From: a virus
Lineage: Duplodnaviria; Caudoviricetes
Reading direction: 5' to 3' (one strand)
IMG/VR virus record: IMGVR_UViG_3300016643_000312
Location: 5,139-69,138 of that record
DNA: 64,000 bases
The stretch's first letter is position 1; the number at the start of each line of letters is the position of its first letter. Shown in pieces: positions 46,683 through 54,437 of this stretch. Below the pieces are notes generated by a model, which searched no databases, was not told the origin of the DNA, and was given only the letters and a program-made list of their open reading frames with translations. The position numbers and the translations under genes were made by a program.

Positions 46683-46850
46683 TTACGCCCTCGCTTCCTG
46701 CTGGGTGGCGGCTTTGGGCTCCCAGTTGGCCAGCAACAGGTCGAGTCGGGTCGCCAGGGAGGGAGCGACCACACAGATGATCTGCCTCAACTTGGTGTTC
46801 TCCAGGGTCAAGTCCTGGAGCTTGGATTCGATCAGGCTAGGGGTGTGCAT
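46683..46850 (-). CDS. First gene of the leftward early operon, hypothetical
   Basis: AAAGGA RBS, AACCACCATG context. Confidence 0.55.
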   Translation of the reverse strand: MHTPSLIESKLQDLTLENTKLRQIICVVAPSLATRLDLLLANWEPKAATQQEARA

Positions 46851-46852
46851 GG

Positions 46853-46878
46853 TGGTTATTGTCCTTTCTTTGTCAGTA
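46853..46878 (-). promoter_or_regulatory. TAYTGAC-N13-TA motif overlapping an RBS
   Basis: TACTGACA AAGAAAGGACAA TAACCA. Confidence 0.45.
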
Positions 46879-46893
46879 ATGACTTGCAACAGC

Positions 46894-46909
46894 TGTAACG
46901 CCCGTTACA
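46894..46909. promoter_or_regulatory. Palindromic operator-like site between divergent genes
   Basis: TGTAACG cc CGTTACA, with another TGTTAC half-site at 46913. Confidence 0.5.
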
Positions 46910-46918
46910 ATCTGTTAC

Positions 46919-47389
46919 GTGGAAGTGAAACGAACCAATTGGCCTGTGATTGAGGCCGATTATCTGCGAGGCATTCCTGTTTATGTACTTGCAGCGAAGT
47001 ACGGCATCAAACAGCCGACGATTCGCATGCACATGAGGCGTAACAAAATCGCCCCAACGAGAACAGAAGTGCTACAAAAGATAACAGAAACTGTTAAATC
47101 TGTGGCAGCCGAACAAACGGGAGAAGCCCAAGCATATCTGTCAGGCTTAAAGAAAGAAGTTCAGCGCGGCATGGATGCGCTCGCGGTCCAACCACCATCT
47201 TCGCGTGAAGAAGTGGACGAACATTTTACCGCGCTTGAAAAGGTGAATCGTGTGGCAACGACAGCTTTTGGGTTGTCCGAAGGGTCAAAGACCCAAACAA
47301 TGAACATTGCGGTTTTGCAGCAACTTACGCCGGAATCGCTGTCAGTAACTGCCAGTAATGTCATAGATACAGAGACGAGACCGGTTTGA
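46919..47389 (+). CDS. Small terminase subunit-like HTH protein
   Basis: NWPVIEADYLRG...LAAKYGIKQPTIRMHMRR N-terminal HTH; helical body; MNIAVL C-terminus. Confidence 0.6.
   Translation: MEVKRTNWPVIEADYLRGIPVYVLAAKYGIKQPTIRMHMRRNKIAPTRTEVLQKITETVKSVAAEQTGEAQAYLSGLKKEVQRGMDALAVQPPSSREEVDEHFTALEKVNRVATTAFGLSEGSKTQTMNIAVLQQLTPESLSVTASNVIDTETRPV
47322..47347 (-). promoter_or_regulatory. TAYTGAC-N13-TA motif, antisense within the terS-like gene
   Basis: TACTGACA GCGATTCCGGCG TAAGTT. Confidence 0.5.
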
Positions 47390-47392
47390 ATA

Positions 47393-47431
47393 ACCGTTCC
47401 CCGTGGGTTTGCAGTCCCCACGGGGTTCGGT
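47393..47431. terminator. Hairpin between convergent genes
   Basis: ACCG-tt-CCCCGTGGG...CCCACGGGG-tt-CGGT. Confidence 0.7.
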
Positions 47432-47437
47432 AAAGCG

Positions 47438-47758
47438 TCAGCTCTTCAGGTATTTCGAGCGGAGGAAGTTCGCCGTCGAATCCTGACTCTGAATCGGCTT
47501 CCACTCATCGACCTCGACGCGGATGGTCAGCGCACCGGCCTCGCGTTGCGAGGGCCGAACGCTGATATCCAGCGACTTGCCGGAAGCGAGAATCTCGCCC
47601 AGCACGCTGAAGGTCTTCGCGGCGGGGGATCCGGAGATCACCTTGCCGAGGTGGCCATACTTGTTGGCGGCCACTGTGAGGTAAAGGGCACCTTCCTTGG
47701 GTTTGTACTCAGAGGTTAGCGCCTGCACCTTGTCTTTAGCATTAGCAATTACTGCCAT
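47438..47758 (-). CDS. Hypothetical protein
   Basis: AAGGAG RBS; 106 aa. Confidence 0.7.
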   Translation of the reverse strand: MAVIANAKDKVQALTSEYKPKEGALYLTVAANKYGHLGKVISGSPAAKTFSVLGEILASGKSLDISVRPSQREAGALTIRVEVDEWKPIQSQDSTANFLRSKYLKS

Positions 47759-47991
47759 ATTAACTCCTTACATATCGCACGGTTTTGGGAAACACCAACC
47801 TCACCTGGGTCGGTACTTTCCGCATGCAATACATATATAGCTGGTCGGCAGTGCAACCCCCTGTCGTTGTGGCATATGCCCCCGTGCCCACCCACCCCCC
47901 GCCGCAATAAGACTTCATATATACACGTACAGAAAAAATTAAATTTATTTTTTTGTTGCGTCCTGGTTTTTGTCCGTAGAATTAAACCAAC

Positions 47992-48201
47992 ATGAAAAAC
48001 GCAATTGCCGTCTTGTTGTTTTGCGCCGTGACGGCCGGCGCATTCGCAGAAGACATCAAAATACGTCCCTCCGTGTGGGGCACTCAGGAATGGCCCGGTG
48101 GCTACAACCTGTATCGTGGAGGTACAAAGATCGGGGAAATGAAAGCTTCCAACTGGGGCCAGGAAGCCTGGTACGGCGGATACGATTTGAAATTACGCTG
48201 A
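47992..48201 (+). CDS. Small secreted protein with a duplicated motif
   Basis: Signal peptide MKNAIAVLLFCAVTAGAFA; PSVWGTQEWPGGYNL / ASNWGQEAWYGGYDL. Confidence 0.7.
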   Translation: MKNAIAVLLFCAVTAGAFAEDIKIRPSVWGTQEWPGGYNLYRGGTKIGEMKASNWGQEAWYGGYDLKLR

Positions 48202-48269
48202 AATATTTTCAGCGTTTTGTCATCCGCTGACTAGTTGATCCCGTTTTCCATGGGCGCAAACTTGCGCTC

Positions 48270-48572
48270 ATGGAAACGGTGAAATTCAAATCGTGGTTCC
48301 AAAAAATGGGCGCCGGCCTGCGGGCCATGCGCCGAGACATCGGAAGAACCGAATCGCTGCTTGAGCAGCTTGACGAAAAAATATTCGCGCTGCGCCATGA
48401 GCTGCGCGACACGATCAAGGTCTACAAGGACTCCCAGGTTGCACTGGGGGAATTGAAAAAGCAGCAGGGCAGGGAGGAGCGCATCCTCAAACACAAACTC
48501 CGAGGCTACATCCAGGACAACGTCCAGGACGCCAAGGAGCTGATGCAGCACTTTGAAACGGCGGACTTCTAG
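48270..48572 (+). CDS. Coiled-coil hypothetical protein
   Basis: 100-aa heptad-rich ORF. Confidence 0.6.
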   Translation: METVKFKSWFQKMGAGLRAMRRDIGRTESLLEQLDEKIFALRHELRDTIKVYKDSQVALGELKKQQGREERILKHKLRGYIQDNVQDAKELMQHFETADF

Positions 48573-48832
48573 TCCTCGATCATGTCATCGACAAAATCAG
48601 AAACCTCGGAGTGGCTTTTCAAAAGCTTGAGTTTCATCCCGTCGTCCTCGGCCACCATGACCACGCAGGGTCGGTCATTTGCCTTGGAATTGGCAACGTA
48701 CTCGGCCAGGTCCCTGGTCGCCCTTTTGCTGATCGTGACCTCGTGGTTGGGGCTGTCCTCAAGCAACGACATGAGGATGGCCAGGGCGGAGACGTCATTT
48801 TCGACGCGACGAAAGTTTGTCTGGAAGTCCAC
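48569..48832 (-). CDS. Hypothetical acidic protein
   Basis: 87-aa ORF, convergent overlap. Confidence 0.55.
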   Translation of the reverse strand: MDFQTNFRRVENDVSALAILMSLLEDSPNHEVTISKRATRDLAEYVANSKANDRPCVVMVAEDDGMKLKLLKSHSEVSDFVDDMIED

Positions 48833-48866
48833 CCGTCAATCCTGGGCCGTGGCTCCTTAATGTCAA

Positions 48867-49199
48867 ATGAGTGCCAATAAAAGCCCCTACGTTTGGAAAT
48901 ACAGGGGGAAGGGCTCCACGTGGATCAATGATGACCTGGAGGCCCTGATCACGTCCGTGGCGCGCCACGAGGCCCTGGACCCCATGGACCACACGGTGCG
49001 CACGTTTTACAAGCGACAGATCATCCAGCAGATGTGCGAGGAGGATCCCGGGCTCTGCACAAGGTCGGGTCTCGGGGACCTGGTCCACATGTTTGCGATG
49101 CCTGTCGCGGCGATGTTGGACGCGGTCTTTGGCACCAGGATCAAGGACTGCAAGGGATGTGCCAAGCGCAGGGCAATCCTCAACAAGGTAAGGTTCTAG
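48867..49199 (+). CDS. Hypothetical phage protein (GLGD...CxxCxKRR..LN family)
   Basis: C-terminal GLGDLVH...DCKGCAKRRAILN. Confidence 0.7.
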   Translation: MSANKSPYVWKYRGKGSTWINDDLEALITSVARHEALDPMDHTVRTFYKRQIIQQMCEEDPGLCTRSGLGDLVHMFAMPVAAMLDAVFGTRIKDCKGCAKRRAILNKVRF

Positions 49200-49309
49200 T
49201 GGCCAAAAAGCCAAAGATGGTGGTTCCGCTCACGCAAAGACCCAAGGCCAAGAAGGGGCTGATCGACAAGGTGGCCAAGCTGGCCCTGTACCACCGGCCG
49301 GCAAAATGA
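49199..49309 (+). CDS. 36-aa basic peptide
   Basis: GTG overlaps the upstream TAG; MAKKPKMVVPLTQRPKAKKG... Confidence 0.4.
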   Translation: MAKKPKMVVPLTQRPKAKKGLIDKVAKLALYHRPAK

Positions 49310-49403
49310 CCCGGACAAGAATCCTGAGGTTTGTCCTGCCAATCCTTATTGTTCCCGTAGCCAGGCTTGTGACGTTTGGCCTGGTGGCTTGCTTACGGTC
49401 AGG

Positions 49404-49678
49404 CAAGGGTACCCTTGGAAAAAGCAAGTTACCCGGATTAAGTCGTTGATTGTTAAAATAAAAGGTAACTAGGGTAACTAAGGGTAACTAAAAATATTGT
49501 AAAGTCCCACACCCATATACGGAATTTGGCTTACGCTGATTTGCCCAGGTCGGGAACCCGGGGGGTCAAAAAGGTTACCCAAGTTACCCTAGCTGCTGAA
49601 AGCCGTTGCCAATCAACTTCTTTTTCAGGGGTAACTTGCCCAGGAACTTCATTTTTGGGGTAACCTCGAAGTTACCCT
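49404..49678. repeat. Iteron-like GGTAAC/GTTACC repeat array, putative replication origin
   Basis: 9 hexamer copies in about 250 bp non-coding DNA, a 14-bp palindrome and an AT-rich stretch. Confidence 0.65.
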
Positions 49679-49742
49679 AAGGGGGTTTGCCCCATGGTTT
49701 GACGGTAAAAGTCTCGCTGCTGGTGGTTTAAGCCGACTTATT

Positions 49743-49768
49743 TACTGACCGACCCTACCTGATAGGAT
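49743..49768 (+). promoter_or_regulatory. TAYTGAC-N13-TA motif
   Basis: TACTGACC GACCCTACCTGA TAGGAT, 7 nt before ATG 49775. Confidence 0.65.
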
Positions 49769-49774
49769 TGGCTT

Positions 49775-49930
49775 ATGGACAAACAAACTCCCGACGACCT
49801 GGCCTCTGTTGAGGGCTATCTGGACGCTAAACAGGTTTTGTCCCGGGACCCCCTGGATTTCAGGGACGAGGACAAAGACAGGGTGGATGACCGGCTGGAG
49901 GGATCGCGGCGAGAATGTCATCCTCGCTGA
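49775..49930 (+). CDS. 51-aa acidic protein, possibly leaderless
   Basis: MDKQTPDDLASVEGYLDAKQVLSRDPLDFRDEDKDRVDDRLEGSRRECHPR. Confidence 0.5.
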   Translation: MDKQTPDDLASVEGYLDAKQVLSRDPLDFRDEDKDRVDDRLEGSRRECHPR

Positions 49931-49963
49931 ACTTGCTGAAATAAGAGGCTCCGTTGTTCTCGC

Positions 49964-50521
49964 TCATGCGGCGGTGATGGCTTTTAATCTAAAGCCTATA
50001 CTGTATCTGCCTGATCCTCCATATACACAATGCCAAAACGGGTTGGCTTCATCTCCAACATAAAATATTCTGTAAGACCAGCCCTTTGGGTCATAATCTG
50101 TGACTATTTCGTCATCTTTTACGTATCGAAAAAAACTATCTCCCTTAAGGCTTTTCACAATATAGATTCTCCAATCGTTTCTTTTGTAATTGGTGTGCCA
50201 CGCCATAAAGCCATCGGGGGGGTAGTAAAAGCATCCAGAGGGCCGTTTTTCCGCTAAAGAGTAGCCCTTTTCGGACAACCATTCAGCCAGATCCTCAATA
50301 GGGACGTTCTCTCTAACTTCGGTTAAATGAAGCAGATCCTTGTAAAAGCTAGAGTCAATTATTTTGCTTTCCTTGAGGTGTTCTTCTCCGCAATAAAACA
50401 TGGCGTCCCTATTTTCCTCTTTTCTTTTTGCGGACAAACACTTTTTAGGCAAACAACTAAAGTCAAAAACTTTATCAAGATATTTTAATGCTTTTGCAGG
50501 AAGATCTAAACACGTGTTCAT
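49964..50521 (-). CDS. Cupin/2OG-Fe(II) dioxygenase-like protein
   Basis: YYPPDGFMAWHTN...SFFRY...FWHCVY...RYSIGF (H-x-N...H, DSBH pattern). Confidence 0.65.
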   Translation of the reverse strand: MNTCLDLPAKALKYLDKVFDFSCLPKKCLSAKRKEENRDAMFYCGEEHLKESKIIDSSFYKDLLHLTEVRENVPIEDLAEWLSEKGYSLAEKRPSGCFYYPPDGFMAWHTNYKRNDWRIYIVKSLKGDSFFRYVKDDEIVTDYDPKGWSYRIFYVGDEANPFWHCVYGGSGRYSIGFRLKAITAA

Positions 50522-52200
50522 GCAATACGAGTAATGTTAAAAGTAACTCCGCCACCCGTGAACGAAGTAGGCATTAAATAGGGATTACCGAGCCCACTTT
50601 CGTAATAGTACACACTGTCACCGCTTGATTGAATGTACCAACCCATGCTTGGCCACCATTGAAAAGTATTAATATCATTATCCGTGTAGTAATAATTTGG
50701 ACTACTACCGGCCCTGTAATAGGTAGACCCGTTTACAGAAATTTGTTCAGTTGTCTCCGTGGGGATACCCGCCACTACAGGAGTTCCATTCAATGTGGCG
50801 GGAAGCGTGGTCGCAGATATTCCAGCCGAATTATAGCTTAAACCCGAGGGGAAAAAATTAGAGTTTAAGTCGTAATTGGTTATTGAGTAAATACCCTGAT
50901 CATCTCCATCATCTATAAACTCAGTTGCAGTGTACGCTTGAACCCAAGTATTTACTGGCCCATTAGGTCCGCTCCAAAAGAAAATGAAATGATTGGTTCC
51001 CGGGTTTTCACTGATGTTAGTATTGTCTCTTCTGTAGAAAAATGTTCCCGGTGTAACGTCATTAAAGTTTTGATTTGTGCTTTTTATCCACGTGTGACCG
51101 CCCCAAGAAAAACCAAGTGTAGAAGAAACAGGAATCCCGCTGGCTTGAGGAGCCGAAACAGTAATCGTCCTGTCCACATTTGTTGCAGGGTTGTAGTTTC
51201 CGTTCCCAGCTTGGCTCGCCCTTACCACCACGCTTCCCGCCCCGGAGTAGGTGAGCGTGGAGCCGTTAATCGAGCCGGGACCACTTACCACGGAGAAGGA
51301 CACCGTAAGACCGCTGGTGGACGAGGCAGAGAGATTGGTGGTGTCGGTGGTGAGAGCCGTGCCGCTGGGGTTAAAGGTGATGGTCTGGCTTGCCTTGTTG
51401 ATCGTCCAAGTTGCTGAAGCCGGAGAGTTGGTGATGTTATAATTTTGGGATGTGTAGTTGGGATTAAATGAAATCGTGTAGCTTCCCGCGTTTGCGTTGG
51501 CGGCGGGAACTCCCGTTAAAAGATCGGAGTTAAATCGACCCTGAATCGTGTCCCCTGCGGCCAAGGTGGATACGCCCACGGCACTAAACCAGTTGTAAGT
51601 TGCGTTGGGGGAGTAGGTGGAAGACTGGTTGTTGATGGAAAGGGTGACATTCCTTTTGGTGATCGCGACGGGAATGGTGACAGAGTTAGCCAAATAGTAA
51701 TCCGCCTTTTCCAGGCTAATGACGGCGTATTGAGTTCCAACATTTGAGGACGAAAGCCCAGAAATCGTGAACAGATTTGCGTTGATGGCAGGTGACGAAG
51801 TGAGGACGATGGAGGGAACTGAGTTTGAATACGCAAAGCTCTGGGGAGAGGCGTAGGAAAGGGTGACTAGAGTTGGACTCGCCACTCCAAACTGCCAGCC
51901 CCCCGCCCACCCTGTCGTAGGCCAATTTGTTGGCGCAGAGCCGAGGGTGGGTCCTGAAAACAATGTTGAGTTTTCGAACAACTCACCAAGGTTCGATCCA
52001 AAGGCCCACAAAGCATAATAAACCTCGTTGTCGGAAATGTATTCGACTAAATTAGCGTTGTTGGTTATGCGGTAAAGATTGACCGATGTGGCCCCGTTAA
52101 ACATACGGAGGCGAAGCGGGAACCCAACGATTCCGCTAGGGCTGGTTTTTGATGAGGCGCCCTCGGTTGAAACAGCCAAAGATAAACCTAAGCGCGGCAT
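50518..52200 (-). CDS. Adhesin/virion surface protein with MBG- and Ig-like domains
   Basis: NAGSYTISF...NYNIT...WTINKASQTITF...ASSTSGLTVSFSVVSGP...VVRASQAGNGNYNPA; MPRLGLSL N-terminus. Confidence 0.75.
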   Translation of the reverse strand: MPRLGLSLAVSTEGASSKTSPSGIVGFPLRLRMFNGATSVNLYRITNNANLVEYISDNEVYYALWAFGSNLGELFENSTLFSGPTLGSAPTNWPTTGWAGGWQFGVASPTLVTLSYASPQSFAYSNSVPSIVLTSSPAINANLFTISGLSSSNVGTQYAVISLEKADYYLANSVTIPVAITKRNVTLSINNQSSTYSPNATYNWFSAVGVSTLAAGDTIQGRFNSDLLTGVPAANANAGSYTISFNPNYTSQNYNITNSPASATWTINKASQTITFNPSGTALTTDTTNLSASSTSGLTVSFSVVSGPGSINGSTLTYSGAGSVVVRASQAGNGNYNPATNVDRTITVSAPQASGIPVSSTLGFSWGGHTWIKSTNQNFNDVTPGTFFYRRDNTNISENPGTNHFIFFWSGPNGPVNTWVQAYTATEFIDDGDDQGIYSITNYDLNSNFFPSGLSYNSAGISATTLPATLNGTPVVAGIPTETTEQISVNGSTYYRAGSSPNYYYTDNDINTFQWWPSMGWYIQSSGDSVYYYESGLGNPYLMPTSFTGGGVTFNITRIA

Positions 52201-52252
52201 AACTCATTTACCTTCTCATTTTTAATGCCCGGCTTAGCCTTGGCACTTCAAA

Positions 52253-52579
52253 TTAAGCCGCGTTGTAGGCGACTACCTTACCCGACTGTAAATTGACGCG
52301 CGAAAAAGCCCCGTAAATTGTGACCCCGGTCTTAAGCGGCAAATTTGCCGTGCTTCCTGTCCAGTTGGAGGAAGTCAGGGTTGTAAAAACTGTGTCTTCA
52401 AGGGCCGTTATGCAACCCCAGGCTCCGTCAACATTAGCGGCGGTGGTTGAGATGTAATTGGCACCCGCCTTACCCATGGACTCCCGGCTTAGGGTCTCCA
52501 TGTCAGGCAGCGTCTTGTAAAGAATCTGTTGCGGGTCTTGCGTCTCTGATACTACGTCTGTTCCTGCGTCTTTGGGCAT
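52253..52579 (-). CDS. Small putative virion protein
   Basis: ITALEDTVFTTL...GVTIYGAFSRVNLQSGKVVAY family pattern. Confidence 0.65.
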   Translation of the reverse strand: MPKDAGTDVVSETQDPQQILYKTLPDMETLSRESMGKAGANYISTTAANVDGAWGCITALEDTVFTTLTSSNWTGSTANLPLKTGVTIYGAFSRVNLQSGKVVAYNAA

Positions 52580-52589
52580 GGTGTTAGAT

Positions 52590-52615
52590 TAAATACGGAC
52601 CAGAAATAGTCAATA
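52590..52615 (-). promoter_or_regulatory. TAYTGAC-N13-TA motif
   Basis: TATTGACT ATTTCTGGTCCG TATTTA, before ATG 52579. Confidence 0.65.
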
Positions 52616-52846
52616 CTTTCGACCGCGATTTACCGACTTGGATTCGACGGTAAGGTTGGCGGATGAGTTGTTCCAGGTGTTGCCGTCCCGGTGATTGACG
52701 TCCTTGCCACGGATTGCTGCCAGGCCGCGCCGTTTAGCCACTTTTCGTCTGGCTGCGTTTCGCCCGGCACGGCGGCGGAGTTGCTCGGGCTTGCCGTGGT
52801 ACTCACGGTATTCCTTTTTGTAATCGCGTTTGTTCCCGAGGGGCAT
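52610..52846 (-). CDS. Minimal HNH-like endonuclease, basic
   Basis: RDYKKEY...RAGRNAARR...GKDVNHRDGN..NN...NL.V.S...NRGR. Confidence 0.75.
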   Translation of the reverse strand: MPLGNKRDYKKEYREYHGKPEQLRRRAGRNAARRKVAKRRGLAAIRGKDVNHRDGNTWNNSSANLTVESKSVNRGRKY

Positions 52847-52859
52847 GAGTAGGTAGGTT

Positions 52860-52885
52860 AGGATACTGGCATATACCGGTCAATA
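52860..52885 (-). promoter_or_regulatory. TAYTGAC-N13-TA motif
   Basis: TATTGACC GGTATATGCCAG TATCCT, before ATG 52846. Confidence 0.65.
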
Positions 52886-52886
52886 A

Positions 52887-53480
52887 TCAGGCACTGTCCC
52901 CCGTCACCACCCGGTCAAACCCGGGCTCCTCGGCGTGCCAGGTCTCGCTTTGAACCTTGAGCCAGTCTGGTTTGCCGCCCTCCCGGATAAAACTGGACTC
53001 CTTCCAAAGCACATTGTTGCCCGGGACGCAGGCGTAACGGCCGTTGACCAGGGCAATGAAGTGATGGCTTTTGGTCTGCGAGGGCTCCAATGAATACCCG
53101 TCCTCGTAGGGTTCTGCGGTGAAGACGTAATGGCCGGCGAACCAGCAGTTTCGTTTCGGGATCCAGACCGAGCAATCCAGCTCCCGGAGGTAATCATAGC
53201 GGATTGGCTGGAAGGAATAACCAAAGCAATCCCACCTCTGGGCTTCCCCGATGCCCCAGTGTTGCTCCTCTCCGACCTTGTCGTGGGCCAACGCGGAAAT
53301 CGGTAGCCCCCGGTAAATTGCGCCGCATTTTAACATCACCGTGCAACCCCATGCCCGATGAGGAACGGAAATCAGCCCGAACCAGACGGCTTCCTCCCAT
53401 CCCTCGGCTTTGTTCCCGCTCAGGATTTTCTTGTCAACCGACACGTACTGATGGAACGGCAGATTGGCGGCGTGGGTCAT
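52887..53480 (-). CDS. Conserved phage hypothetical protein
   Basis: Start at ATG 53480; AVWFGL...RAWGCTVML..GAIYRGLPISAL...QRWDCFG...HFIAL.NGRYA..P.N. Confidence 0.75.
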   Translation of the reverse strand: MTHAANLPFHQYVSVDKKILSGNKAEGWEEAVWFGLISVPHRAWGCTVMLKCGAIYRGLPISALAHDKVGEEQHWGIGEAQRWDCFGYSFQPIRYDYLRELDCSVWIPKRNCWFAGHYVFTAEPYEDGYSLEPSQTKSHHFIALVNGRYACVPGNNVLWKESSFIREGGKPDWLKVQSETWHAEEPGFDRVVTGDSA

Positions 53481-53926
53481 TTTCGTTTCAACCGCTGTTT
53501 CAACTCTTTCATGGCGTATCTGGAGATCTTCTTTTTGCCGTCGCGGAGTTGCTCCTCCAGCTCCACCTCGTCGCCAAACATGTGGATTTTGAGACCCGCT
53601 GTGGGCCCGGCGTCGTTGGCGTCCCGCTCGCTCCGCACCGCCCGGCCAATGGCTTCGATCCGGTCGTTTTTTTCGACCGGTCCGTGCCAGAGCATCTGGT
53701 TTTCCAGCGACTTGATCCTCCCCATCAGGTCGCAGCACGAGTCATAAAGCCCATGGAACTGGGTCTCCAATTGTTCAACCCGCTTGGTCAGGACGCCGAT
53801 CCTTCCGACCAGACGCTCTTCCTCCAGATTTCGGGTTGTATTGGTGGTCGTGCTCGTTTCATACAGGTGTTCTCTTCCCTTGGGCACCGGCCAGTTGGGG
53901 GGCCACCACCAGCTGCCTGAGCTCAT
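53477..53926 (-). CDS. Hypothetical coiled-coil protein
   Basis: AAAGGAG RBS before ATG 53926. Confidence 0.55.
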   Translation of the reverse strand: MSSGSWWWPPNWPVPKGREHLYETSTTTNTTRNLEEERLVGRIGVLTKRVEQLETQFHGLYDSCCDLMGRIKSLENQMLWHGPVEKNDRIEAIGRAVRSERDANDAGPTAGLKIHMFGDEVELEEQLRDGKKKISRYAMKELKQRLKRK

Positions 53927-54155
53927 AGATTTTCTCCTTTTTGTAAGGACGTTTCCCAATCAAATAACAACCTGTTGTTCATCAATTGGTTGGGCGTTTG
54001 GCCGATTTGTTTGAGATAATACGCATAAATGATACTTAACGGTGGTTTACTGCCTCCGTTTCAAACGATGTGGACTGCGTTACACGAATATGTCGCAAAA
54101 ACGTGTATTACGGCACATGAACTGTCACGTTTTGACGGTTGGTGTACAGTCCGGC

Positions 54156-54437
54156 TCATTTTTCGCTCTCCTCCCTAAACTGCTCCCGCAGCTTGTCCGT
54201 GGTTTCGGTGCCGATGTTGGGTTTTTCCTCGTCGTAGAGATCGATCTCATCAATCTCCCCCTTGATGTAGAACCCGCATCCCAGGAGGAATTGCTTGAAT
54301 TCCCGCATGACTGTCCCCAGTTCGATGCACTCAAACTCATGGGTGGTCTTGGCCGCGGAGTCCTCCCACCAATGGTTATGCCGCATGCTGGTGATTGGAT
54401 CCGGTTTTGGGTGTTCCCCGATGAATGTGAACTTCAT
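54156..54437 (-). CDS. Hypothetical phage protein (MKFTF...FKQFL.GCGF family)
   Basis: ATG 54437 in ATGA overlap. Confidence 0.7.
   Translation of the reverse strand: MKFTFIGEHPKPDPITSMRHNHWWEDSAAKTTHEFECIELGTVMREFKQFLLGCGFYIKGEIDEIDLYDEEKPNIGTETTDKLREQFREESEK

Noticed and set aside
49404-49678. Repeat cluster as a CRISPR or mini-array
   Set aside because: Repeats are 6-10 bp, irregularly spaced and in both orientations, with no unique spacers of constant length.
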